Shown: in pieces, positions 41,952 to 52,149 of the stretch
How positions within the stretch are numbered: position 1 is the stretch's first letter
How the letters are laid out: each line of letters begins with the position of its first letter
Assembly (NCBI GenBank): GCA_963845515.1
Contig: CAWJSR010000031.1
Span: forward strand, 25,659-89,658
Direction of reading: 5' to 3'
From: an uncultured delta proteobacterium
Lineage (GTDB): Bacteria; Myxococcota; Myxococcia; Myxococcales; Anaeromyxobacteraceae
DNA: 64,000 nucleotides
Notes under the pieces: generated by a model
Databases searched by the model: none
Told to the model about the DNA's origin: nothing
What the model saw: the letters and a program-made list of their open reading frames with translations, nothing else
Position numbers and translations under genes: made by a program

Positions 41952-41980
41952 ATGCTAGAGGCAGCGGTACCTAGAGTCAA
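41952..41980 (-). promoter_or_regulatory. Sigma70-type promoter of riboswitch-cbpAB
   Basis: TTGACT-N17-TAGCAT just upstream of the riboswitch. Confidence 0.7.
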
Positions 41981-42011
41981 CGGTTCGGGATTGGCGTTGC
42001 AGGAGCTCCCG

Positions 42012-42118
42012 AAAAGAAGTGCGGCGGCCCCCCTCTCGGAGAGCCGCCGCGGTGTTCGTGCTGCACCCGTCTCCGGGCTTGAAGCTGGAAGGTCTAGAAC
42101 GCTTCATGCGTACCTGCG
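42012..42118 (-). ncRNA. Candidate sRNA, copy B
   Basis: CCCG-GAGA-CGGG hairpin, linker, 13-bp terminator stem with GAGA loop, then ACTTCTTTT. Confidence 0.5.
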
Positions 42119-42158
42119 AGCGTCAACATCTCACGGGGGGCTGACAGCCGGCGCAGCA

Positions 42159-42752
42159 TCACCGCCCGCGACCACGCCGCCGGCGCCCCGGGAACCAGGC
42201 TGGTAGCGGCTCCACGCCGCTGACCCGCTTGCCGGAACGAAACACCGCCACCTCCCGAAACGGAAAGGCCGGATCGCTGTTGTCGTACACGAGGACGTGC
42301 GGCAGCGCCCTGATGGCCTGATCGAGGTTGTGAATGGTCCGGCCGAAGCGCTCTTCCAACTTCTCGTCTGGGACTGGATGTCCACCCCGGACCACACGCT
42401 CCGCGACCCTTTGCTTGCTGAGCGCCACATCGGTCAGACCGATGAAGCAGAGCACCACCGTGTAGCCAGCATCCTTCGCCTTCAGGAGGAACTGAAGCTT
42501 CTCGCCAGCGGCGTCGGAGAACACGGTCTCGAACGCGAACGACTCCTGCATCGCGAGGAAGGTCTCCCTCGTTCGCCGCGCCAACTCGGCGGCCTCGTAG
42601 GGTCCCACCCCGACTTCCTTCGCGAGCACATCCGCGTTGATGAAGTGGAGACCAGCCTCCGAGAGCCGGCTCGCGTAGAACGTCGACTTCCCGGCTCCAT
42701 TGGGTCCGGCGATGGCCACCACGACCAGCTCGGCGTCGAGAGGGTCCTTCAC
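42159..42752 (-). CDS. Zeta-toxin/AAA_33-like P-loop protein
   Basis: IAGPNGAGKST, FINAD, SFAFETVFS, RVAERVVRGGHPVP, YDNS. Confidence 0.85.
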   Translation of the reverse strand: MKDPLDAELVVVAIAGPNGAGKSTFYASRLSEAGLHFINADVLAKEVGVGPYEAAELARRTRETFLAMQESFAFETVFSDAAGEKLQFLLKAKDAGYTVVLCFIGLTDVALSKQRVAERVVRGGHPVPDEKLEERFGRTIHNLDQAIRALPHVLVYDNSDPAFPFREVAVFRSGKRVSGVEPLPAWFPGRRRRGRGR

Positions 42753-43123
42753 TTCGCCTCGACTGCCTCGAAGGACCGCTTCACGACGCGGCCAAGCGTG
42801 CGGGTGCCGTCTGCGTCGATCTTCAGCAAGTAGCCCGGCTTCCCCGGAACCGGATGGTACTGGGGAAACGGCTGGGCGTTCATGTAGGCCGCGAATTCGG
42901 CGACAGCTTCCGTTCGGCTCCTCTTCCGCAGGCACGCGGAGAGTGGCTTGCCCCCACGTCCGCGCTTCAGGCGCAAGGCGCTCTCACCGTCCAGGACCGA
43001 CTCGACGGCGCGCCCGAGTCGAGCCCAGTACTCAATCTGGCCGGCGATGGAGCGCTCGGCAACCTCACCGACCATGCGAGCATCCTGAACGAGCCCATCG
43101 GAGAGTCTAACTGGCTGGCCCAT
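42749..43123 (-). CDS. ParD-like antitoxin
   Basis: MGQPVRLSDGLV..AR......RSIAGQIEYWARLGRAVE; GTGA overlap with toxin. Confidence 0.8.
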   Translation of the reverse strand: MGQPVRLSDGLVQDARMVGEVAERSIAGQIEYWARLGRAVESVLDGESALRLKRGRGGKPLSACLRKRSRTEAVAEFAAYMNAQPFPQYHPVPGKPGYLLKIDADGTRTLGRVVKRSFEAVEAK

Positions 43124-43131
43124 GGCTCTAG

Positions 43132-43148
43132 AGTAGCATAATGCTACT
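43132..43148 (-). promoter_or_regulatory. Putative TA operator AGTAGCAT-A-ATGCTACT
   Basis: Perfect 8-bp inverted repeat 8 nt upstream of antitoxin ATG. Confidence 0.7.
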
Positions 43149-43209
43149 GGCGCGGGCACCTCGCGCCTCGGTCGCACCTCGGGCGCGCCCGTGGGGGAGG
43201 GGGGGGAGC

Positions 43210-43326
43210 GAAAGCGGCGGCCCCCCTCTCGGAGAGCCGCCGCGGTGCTGGTGCTGCACCCGTCTCCGGGCTTGCTGCGAGCCGCTCTCGCCGAGCCAGG
43301 ACCTAGTGGAATTAGGCGTACCTGTA
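43210..43326 (-). ncRNA. Candidate sRNA, copy C
   Basis: Same core as copy B plus extra GCGAG-AGCGG-CTCGC hairpin; shares upstream CAGGTACGC. Confidence 0.5.
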
Positions 43327-45473
43327 ATCGAGACCATCGCACGGGGGGCTGACAGAGCAGCGATTCCCGGTAGGGCGGCGTCTGAAACCGTCAACAACTT
43401 GGCTCGAATCGGTCGAATCGTGGGGTATCCGTCGATGCTGGTCCGCCCGCCTCACGATATCCGCTGACGTCCAGCGTGACTTCAAGGAGCGCTCTGGACC
43501 CGTAGCCGAGTGCGCGGCCAACGATGGCGGCGACTCATCTCGGACTCAAGACTCGGCATGTCGAGGTACAGCTGCTGGGTCAGGTCCGCCAGAGTCGCAG
43601 GGTCCCCAAGGTGAGCTCCCCCAACTCCGCTAGCGCAGCGTGCTTGCCGCCAAGTTGCTCCCAGGTGTGCCTAACTGACCAGGAATAGAAGAGTTCGTTG
43701 CCAGTAAGGACGATGACCCAGGCGCGCGGGCCGCCGTCGCTGCCGAAGACGCGAGACCAGCGAGCAAGTCTCTGAAGTCTGGCCTTCTCCTCGGGCGAGA
43801 TCTCGCGCCTGAGCGTGGAGAACAAGAGGAACGACCCGGGGAAGAGCGCACCCAACTCACGCATCCGGACCACGTCCTTGTTCTGAAACGCCTCCGTCCC
43901 AAAGCTCTTCGTCTCGCCAAATACGACCGAGGGCTCACGGTCATCCGACGTCAAGCGTCCCTTGCAGTACCACGCGACGAAGTCTGCCTCGAGAGCAAGC
44001 CCAGCGCGCTTCAGATTCAACCCGGGGCACCAGGTCATGGGAGCCCTGTCCGTGCCGCTGAAGAGGACGCGCAGCGTCAACGCCGTTGAGTAGGCCCCGT
44101 GCGCGAAATTCGGCAGGCTGAACGGTCCGACCACTCGGAAGCGCCAGTCCTGTTCGCCGAACCTGAGGTCGCCCTGCGGGAACTTGAAATGGTCAAGGCA
44201 CCGATCGCACTGGAGGACGTAGTCCACGCGCGTGAGCTCATACCAGTTCTCCTGCTCGCACCGCGGGCATGAGACTGCTACCCCGAGACGAAGGATGTTT
44301 CGATCGGTGAAGTCCGACAGGGCGACTTGTGGCAGTTCCTCCCGACGTCTCCCCACCAGTTCCCTCCACTCGTTGATGCGAGCCGTGCGATCCGGGAACT
44401 GCGCAACTGTTCCGTCCTTCGCCTCGTGGACGGTCTTGGCCATCCGATCGAGCAGCTTGAGGGTCCCCTCGTGCGCGAGGATGCCAGAGTCCAGGCCGCC
44501 AACGCCTCGAATGACCTGCTCGGCATTTCGCCCCGCGCTGGAAACCTCAGCCTCGATCCCTCGCGACTTGAGCCATCCGATGACAGCGTCCTCGTGTCGC
44601 TGAAGGTTCAGGGAGTTGCGAAGGCGCAAGTGTTCCTGCAGAAGCACGAACCCTTCTCGAGCAACGACGCCAGTCGTACTTCCGAACGAAATGCGAGGAT
44701 TGTCAGCGTTCCTCACGTTCGTTGGGTAGACGGGAGCGCGATCCATGGCGCTCGAGAAGGGGCTGATGCGAATCACGTTCGCCCAGCGTGCGTGGTTCTC
44801 GCCGCCGCCGAACCTGCGGGCGAACTTGGGTGCCAGCGAAGGGACGGACACGAGAGAGGAGTCGGGATCGACGCTTGCCTCAAAGTCCTCCTGGGCGGCG
44901 GTGACGCGCACAGAACGCGGCTGGTAGAGATGTCGGGAGTAGTGCTTGGCCCAGAAGGGCTGCACGTACTCGAGCGGAAAGCCCAAGGAGCCAGCGGGGA
45001 CATCCTTCAAGAGGGACGCGGCTGCCTTGACGCCCGCAGTCGATACGGATCGCCCAAACTCAACACGGGCCGTGAACATCGTTCCGAACGCGTTGCCTGG
45101 GATGGGGCGATGGTTCTTCGCGATGACGTCGCGCAGGAATGGGGCGAACGATGAGGCCCAGGAGATCTCCACCGGGATGATGTTCGTCTTCCAGAGTCCA
45201 AGGTTCCAGGCGTCGATCACGTCAACGGTCTTGGACGAGTCGAAGAAGTGAATCGTCAAGTCGTTACTCGTGCCTGGTTCTCGATCGAGTCCGAACCGGG
45301 TAGCCCAGAGCGGCGTGCCGTGCCGCTCCCTGAGGACTTCAACCGCGGACTCTGGCGTTGGCGCGAACACCCTCGGCTCGAATGCGGATTCCGGCCAACG
45401 TGAACAGCGAGATCGCCGCATCATGAACGCCGCGATCGGTGATCGCGATCGGAGCGAAGCGACGCTGGCTGGT

Positions 45474-46217
45474 TCACTTGTCGGTCTCGGAGTCCTCCTT
45501 CCGTCTGGAGGGGCCCTTTAGCACGACGCGGTGGGCTTTGTTCACGATCCGGTCGCAGAAGGCGTCGGCGTTGGTCGGGTCCCCGATGTGATCGTGCCAC
45601 TTCGAGGTCGGGAGTTGGCTGGTCACGATGGTCGACCGGTCGCCGTGCCGGTCCTCGACGATCTCGAGGAGGTCGCGTCGCTCCTGATCCTTCAGGGGCG
45701 CCAGCCCCCAGTCGTCGATCACGAGCACGTCGACCCTGGCGAAGCGGGCGAGGAGGTTGGAGTAGGTGCCGTCCGCGTGGGCGAGCATGAACTCGTCGGC
45801 CAGGCGGGTGGCGCGGCGGTAGATGGCGCGGTAGCCCTTCCGGCAAGCCTGCTGGGCGAGTGCACACGCGACGTAGGTCTTCCCGGTGCCGGTGGCGCCG
45901 GTGATGACGACGTTCTGGTGCTCCTCGACCCACCTGCAGGTCGCGAGCTGCCGGATGGTGGCCTTCTCCAACTCGCGTCGCGGTGGGTAGTCGATCCCCT
46001 CGACGCAGGCGTTCCCGAGCCGCAGCTTGGCCTCGTGGAGGGAGCGGGCGAGCCGCTTGTTCTCGCGGTGGAGCCATTGGGCGTCGACGAGCATCCCGAG
46101 CCTCTCGTCGAAGGAGAGCTTCTGCAGCTCCGGGTCCTTCTGCTGCTCCGCCCAGGCGGCGCCGAGAGTCTCGAGGCGCAGGGCGCGCAGTTTCTCCATC
46201 GTGGGTTCGTTGAGCAC
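45474..46217 (-). CDS. istB: IS21 helper ATPase
   Basis: GATGTGKT, LVIDDWG, TSQLP, ADAFCDRIV. Confidence 0.95.
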   Translation of the reverse strand: MLNEPTMEKLRALRLETLGAAWAEQQKDPELQKLSFDERLGMLVDAQWLHRENKRLARSLHEAKLRLGNACVEGIDYPPRRELEKATIRQLATCRWVEEHQNVVITGATGTGKTYVACALAQQACRKGYRAIYRRATRLADEFMLAHADGTYSNLLARFARVDVLVIDDWGLAPLKDQERRDLLEIVEDRHGDRSTIVTSQLPTSKWHDHIGDPTNADAFCDRIVNKAHRVVLKGPSRRKEDSETDK

Positions 46218-46230
46218 TTCTTCTCCTTGG

Positions 46231-47773
46231 TCAGTGGTAGTAGCCGCCGCCCCGAATGTTCTCGTGGGTGGCGCGCGGGGTGCCCTCGGCAGGCAACTCC
46301 TCGGCCGGCGAGGGCAGCCGGTCGAGGCCGTTCTTCAGAATCGATTCGACGTGGCGGTACGAGCGGGCGCGCACCGCGACGGCGCGCGCGGCGGCCGCCT
46401 CGAGGCGCTCGTTCCCGTACTGCTTCCCGAGCCGGAGGATCCCCAGGCACGAGCGGTACCCCTGCTCAGGGTGGCGTCGCTCGGCAAGGATCGCCTCGGC
46501 AAGTTCCCGGGTCCTCGGGCCGATGCTCCCCGCCCAATGGATGATGCGGGTCGGCGTCCACTCGAGATGCTTCTGGTGGGCCTTCGGCATGTGCTCGGCG
46601 ACGGTGGTGTGCGCTCCGCGCCGGTAGCTCCGCAGGTGGGTCGCCACCCGCTCGCCGCGAAGGAAGATCTCCACCGTCGTCGTCGTGAGGCGCGCGTCCA
46701 CGAGTTGGTGCACGAGGGCGTGCGGGGCCGAGTAGTAGTGGTGCTCGATCTCGACGTGGTAGTCGATGTTGAGCCGCGCGGTGCGCCACTCCGAGTACTC
46801 GAACGGCTGGGCCGGGAGCGCCTTCAGTGCCGGCCGGTCGGTCCGCTCGAAGAGCCTTCCGGCTCGCCCCGTAGACGCGCATCTTCCGCGCGTTGAGGTC
46901 GACGAGCAGCTCGGCGATCCGGTCATTCAGGGCAACGAGCGAGAAGAAGGTCTCGTGGCGGAGCCGGGCGACGATCCATCGCTCGGCGATCTGCACGCCC
47001 ACCTCGACCTTCGCCTTGTCGCGGGGCCGGTGGGGCCGCGCAGGCAGGACGGTCGTGCCGTAGTAGCGCGCCAGCTCCTCGTACGTGCGTTGGATGCCGG
47101 GCTCGTACCGGCAGGCGGCGGTTACGCCCGACTTCAGCTGGTCCGGGACCAGCGCCTCCGGGACGCCGCCGATCGCTTGCAGCGCGCGGACGTGGCTCGC
47201 GATGAAGTCAGGGCCACGCTGGGTCAGCGTTGCCTCGGCGTAGGTGTAGTTCGACGCGCCGAGCACGGCGACGAACAGCTCGACCTCGATCTTCTCGCCA
47301 GTCGTCGGGTCGACGATGTGCGGCTTCTTGCCGGCGTAGTCGACGAAGAGCTTCTCGCCGGCGAGGTGCTCCTGCCGCATCGTGAGGCCCCGCCGCTTCA
47401 GCCACTCCCGGTACCGCTCGCAGAACTGGGTGTAGCGGTAGCCGTCCGGGTGTTTCTCCAGGTACTCGAGGTGGAGCAACTCCAGCGTGACGCCCGGCTT
47501 CTTCCGTTCCGCGTGGAGGTACTCGCAGTCGGGCATCGGCCGCGCCGCCTTCTCGTCGCGCGGCCCGTATAGGCGTTCCTCCAGGGCCGTGTCCGACAGC
47601 GCCTGTGCCTGCTCCCAGGCGATCCCGGCCGCCTTCGCCCGGCCGAGCGTCATCGCCACCGCGCCGAGCGACTGCCCCACGCTCGCCGCGATCTCGCGGT
47701 GCGTCCGGCCCATCTCCCACTTCTGCCTCAGGATCTCTCTCGCGTTCCGCATGGACAGTCGCTCCGTCGCCAT
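46231..47773 (-). CDS. istA: IS21 transposase; frameshift ~46860
   Basis: GEKLFVDYAG, GASNYTYAEAT, VPDQLKSGV, PRDKAKVE, HENIRGGGYYH. Confidence 0.95.
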
Positions 47774-47894
47774 CCCGCCGCCTCCGTGATGGAGGCGCGG
47801 GACGGGTGGATACCGTCCAGCGTCGCTACGCTCGTCTCGCCCGCGCCTCAGTGAAGGCGCGGACCCTACCCGGCAGGGGACTCCCCCGGCCACC

Positions 47895-48020
47895 GTGTTC
47901 ACGATGGCCGATCCGGGCGTTCACGATGCCCGATCTCGGCGTTCATGAACGCCGATCCCGGTGTTCACGATGGTCCGATCCGGCTGTTCACGATGCGCCG
48001 ATCCGCGCGTTCACGATCGA
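47895..48020. repeat. Six 22-23 bp subterminal repeats of IS21 #1
   Basis: GTTCA(C/T)GA..CCGATC units at 47897, 47919, 47941, 47963, 47986, 48009. Confidence 0.9.
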
Positions 48021-48509
48021 CCGAAATCCGCACTCGAAGGCATCGACGTAGGCCTCCCTTACGTAGGCAAGTTCCTTCTCGCTAGGAAGGACTCCGAAGA
48101 CGAGCTCGAAGAACGCGTGGGAGGCGGGCGCCTTCTTGAAGTCAGCGAAGGTCGGCTTGTGTCGGCGGACGAACTGAAGTTCGCGGTCGTAGCGGTGCTT
48201 GTATACGTCGAAGACGTTCAGACCGAACGCGACGTCAGGGGCGCGGGAGTCTCGCGTAAGTATGAACTCAGAGAGGGGGACGACTCGTCTCTCAAAGTGC
48301 CGCTCGGAGACGATGCCGAGTTCCTTCGCCAGCCCCGGCTCCGCTTCCACGAATACGTCGGGTTCGAAGAAGTCGATGTAGCCATCAGCGAGTGCGCGTC
48401 CAGTGGTGTTGCGCGGCAAGCGGCGCTTCCATTCGGACGGTGCCTGACGTCAACCTCATCTCCCCGTTGACGACAACTACACTTCCCCATCGGTTGTCGT
48501 TGGGGATGG

Positions 48510-49310
48510 CTACTCGTCCGTAGTTGTCGTCGACTCGGTTCGCTTCTTCGCCTCCTCGGTTCGGTAGCTGGTGCCGGTCATCTCGAGGATGACGGCGTGG
48601 TGGATGAGCCGGTCGATGGCGGCGGCGGTGGTCATCGGGTCCTTGAAGATGCGGTCCCAGTCGCTGAAGACCAGGTTGCTGGTGATGATGACGCTGCGTC
48701 GCTCGTAGCGCTCGGCGAGGAAGGTGAAGAGCACCTCCATCTCCTCGCGGCTCTGCTGGACGTAGCCGATGTCGTCGAGGATGACGGCGTCGAAGCGGTC
48801 GAGGCGGGCCGAGCTCGCGCTCGAGCGCGAGGTCGCGCTTGGCGACGAGCAGCCGCTGGACGAGGGCGAAGGTCGGCGGTGAAGAAGACCCGGTGGCCGC
48901 GCTGGATGAGCTCGTGGCCGATGGCGCAGGCGAGGTGGGTCTTGCCGCGCCCGGGCAGGCCGAAGGCGAGCACGTTCTCGCCGCGCTCGAGGAAGGCGCC
49001 CTCGCAGAGCGACGGGAGCGTCTTCTGGATCTTCGCCGGGAGGCGCGCCCGGTCGAGCGTCGCGAGCGTCTTCTCGCCGGGCAGCTCGGAGTCCTTCAGG
49101 TTGCGCTCGATGCGGCGCCGGCGGCGCTCCTCGACCTCGAGCTCGGCGAGGTGGTGGAGGAAGCGGCGGAAGGTCCAGCCCTCCGTCTCGGCCTTCTGCC
49201 CCGACCTCCTCGGCGTACCGCGCGAAGCGACGGGAGCTTCAGCGAGCGCATGAGGAGCGCGAGCGACTCGGTCGCGGCGACCGCTCTGCGGACGTCGCGG
49301 CGGCGGTCAC
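48510..49310 (-). CDS. istB: IS21 helper ATPase, many indels
   Basis: GLPGRGKTHL, ILDDIGY, ITSNL..W..IFKDPMTTAAAIDRLIHH. Confidence 0.9.
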
Positions 49311-50826
49311 GCGCTCACCCCCTCGGAGCAGCGCGTCGTAGGTCGCGCAGGTCCACGGGCTCGGCGACGAGCTCCGGGACCTCGGTGCGCGGTGGCGCCG
49401 TTCACGAGCGCCTTCACGGCGTCGAGGCGTCACTCGGCCGCTTCTCGGCGAGGAGCAGCTCCAGCGCGGTCTCGACGTCCGCCTCGCTGGTGCTCGCGGC
49501 GAGGTGGAGGATGCGCAGGTACTCGAGATCGCCGCGGTGCCCGTCCTCGCGCGTCGATGATCGCGTCGTAGGCGCGCCGGAACGCGAGCGAGGGGAACAT
49601 CTCCTCGCGGTAGACGTAGCGGGCGAACGCGCCGGGCTTGCGGACGAGCGACCAGATCACGTGCCGGTAGTCGATCCGGTGACGGTTGCGGCCGCGCAGC
49701 CGCTCGCAGGCGAGCTGCAGGTGCGCCGCCGAAGTAGACCTCGAGCCGGCTCCTCGAAGACGCAGCACCTGGACGGCGCGCCCGATGAGCCGCGACGGCA
49801 CCGAGTAGGAGCAGTGCTGGACGCGGATGGTGCTGCCGGCGCTCACCCGCGCCCGCTCCTCTTTGAACTCCGGCAGCCGGTCGACGGCGAGCGGCCGCAT
49901 CGCCGCGAGCTCCTCGTCGACGCGAGGCACCGCGGCGGTCGTTCGCCTTGCGCAGGACGCTCGTGGACGAACGTCTGCCACGCGTCGACGCTCGTCGAAG
50001 TCCGCGGCTCCCGCGCACGAGCAGGGCCTGCTCGAGCCGCCGCTTCAGCGCGCCGTTGCTCGCCTCGACGTCGCCGTTCTGCTCCTTCGCCCCGATCTCG
50101 GTCGTGCGCGGCGTCATGCCGAAGTGGCGCATGATCGCGAGGTAGTCGTCGTTGAACGGGCGGCGGTCGTTCTCGGCGACGACGCCCTTGCCGTCGGGGA
50201 TCTTGTGCGTCGCCGCCGTCGAGTTGTCGGTCTGGTGGAAGAGCGGGACCCGGCCCGAGCTGGAAGAGCGCAGCCTGCACGCCCCTCCGCAGCGCGGCCA
50301 GCGACTCGGACAGGCAGACCGTCGCCCACTGCCAGTTCGAGAACGGCAGGACGAACACGCAGAGCAGGTGCACGAACAGCTCGCCGGCGATCGTGACGCC
50401 GAGCGAGCTCGCTTCGGTGAAGTCGGTCTGGCCGGCCTCGCCGGGCCGGTGGGCCTGGGCGAAGAAGACCTCCCGCTCGGGGCCTCTCTGCGCGCGCCAC
50501 TGCCGAATGCGTCGCTGCAGGGTCCGAAGCTGGCCGGCTTCGTAGCGACCGGGCTGCTCCTCGCAGAGCAGTTCGAAGAGCGTCTTCGCCTCGAGCCCGG
50601 GCGCCGCCTCGAGCCGCGCCGCGAGCGCCGGCCAGTCCTCGGCGAACGGGTCCGGCCGCGTTCGCCACGTCCGCGGCTGCGCCAGCTCCGACGGCAGCTT
50701 CTCTGCCTTCACGTACTTCCGGGCGGTCTTCCGGTCCATGCCGGCTCGCATCGCGGCGAGCCCGACCTGGCCGTGCTTCGACATCTCCTCCATCAGCTTC
50801 CTCACCTGCCCGTCCGTCGTCTTCAC
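49310..50826 (-). CDS. istA: IS21 transposase, many indels
   Basis: AGMDRKTARKY, RTWRTRPDPF, QLRTLQRR, PGEAGQTDFT, NGDVE, YSVPSRLIG. Confidence 0.9.
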
Positions 50827-51174
50827 CCAGCGATGATCCCCCGTCGTCGGGGGGCAGCGGGGCTACTGCCGGCGGGCCTCAGTGATGGGGAGGTGTAGTT
50901 GTCGCCGGTGGGGAGGTGTAATTGTCGTCGGGCAGGACGGGAGCGCTCGAGCAACCGGGATGATGGGGTTGTAGCGACCGCCCCATAGGCAAGCGCAGAG
51001 CCGTAGGAACCGTCTGATCAGTGGGTGACTGGCCTGGGATGGTCGGACGAGGAAACCTATGCGTGTTGGCCTGAGACGAACGGACCCGGAGACCTTTGAC
51101 ATCCGATGGACCCCCCCCTGCCGTGATGACCTCGGTGCGCTAGCCGCGTCTCGCCGGTTCTCCCGGAAACGACC

Positions 51175-52090
51175 TCACTGGCCAGCAGCTGGATGGGCCA
51201 GGAGCGCGAGGTTGAGCGCGGAGAGCAGTTGATCGGAGAACAGTTCCACTCCCTGCAGATGGAGCAGGGTGACTTCGAGCGGCATCCCTTCCTTGAAGTC
51301 AAAAGTCATGGCGTTCGGCTGGGAGGAGAAGTCAGCCAGATCCTTGGACACCAATTGTTCGCCGTGAACAAGGCAGTTCCGAAGAAGCGCTACGCCATCC
51401 ATCGTCGAGGCCCAGTCCTCGGGACCGCTCTTGAATGTCTCTGGCTTCTTCAGCCCGCTGACGCCGAAGAACGCAATGAGAACCCTTCCGAGCCCATCGT
51501 AGATTCGATTGCGTTGCCATGTGGCGAGCCGCTCGGCAAGCGCAGCCTCCCATTCCGCCTTCTTCTGGGGGCTCCCTTCAGCATCTCGACGGAGCTTGCG
51601 GAGGTGCTTGAACTCGGGACCCCGGATCACCGAATCTGGATTAGATCGCAGATAGATGCAGTAGAGGTCGAAGACAACCTCCTCGAAGCACGCGTATAGA
51701 TCGATGAGCCCCCATGCCGCCATGAGCGGTACGGCGCCGAGATGTGCGTCAGCGGCGCCCTTTCCGTCCCAAAGCTTGATGATTTGAGGGCTAGCACTAC
51801 CCGATTCGTCGACGCGAAGGCTCGTTGTGTAGAACTGCCGATTGGGGTTCTTCCACTCGGGGGCGCTGTACCTCTCAGCCGCGACGTGGAGGCCATTGAG
51901 CGCAAGGCTCCACTGGATATAGGTGGACCTAAAGATTCGAGCGCCAGCGACCGATGGACGAGGTTGCCTCCTCTATCCAGCGCCCCGCATCGGTCTTGGC
52001 CTTCATGACGATGTTGTCCGGGGGAGCACCCGCGAGGTCGCCTACCGACACGAAGGTGTGTCCTACAAGATCCCTTCTTCCGCGGGCCAT
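51175..52090 (-). CDS. HEPN-like protein (~304 aa); one frameshift ~51930
   Basis: AGGAGG RBS before ATG 52090; removing one T at 51930 joins to ORF 51175-51723; RNCLVH R-X4-H motif. Confidence 0.65.
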
Positions 52091-52149
52091 CGGTCCTCCT
52101 CGCGTATGACTTGCAAATCTCGGGCGGGACGGCGCTCTGCCCCAGGTCG

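Larger units (their letters stand above)
45383..48032 (-). mobile_element. IS21-family insertion sequence #1
   Basis: TIRs TGCGGATTCCGGCCAACGTGAAC / TGCGGATTTCGGTCGATCGTGAAC; 6-bp TSD CTCGAA at 45377-45382 and 48033-48038; istA and istB. Confidence 0.97.
48441..50934 (-). mobile_element. IS21-family insertion sequence #2 (different element)
   Basis: TIRs TGCCTGACGTCAAC..ACGACAACTACACTTCCCCATC / TGCCCGACGACAAT..GCGACAACTACACCTCCCCATC; 6-bp TSD GGACGG at 48435-48440 and 50935-50940. Confidence 0.96.
43580..51102 (-). pseudogene. Large (~790-820 aa) hypothetical protein with Zn ribbon and PD-(D/E)xK-like C-terminus, split by two IS21 elements (segments 50935-51102, 48033-48434, 43580-45376)
   Basis: Removing each IS and one TSD gives in-frame joins ARALPS|EWKRRLPRN and YVDAFE|PRVFAP; CPRC..CDRC; EADF...FGETKS. 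Confidence 0.88.

Noticed and set aside
46840..46880. Programmed frameshift in istA
   Set aside because: No clear slippery site; fits the background indel error rate
47895..48020. CRISPR-like regular repeats
   Set aside because: No unique spacers and no cas genes; they lie inside the IS21 terminus and match its TIR
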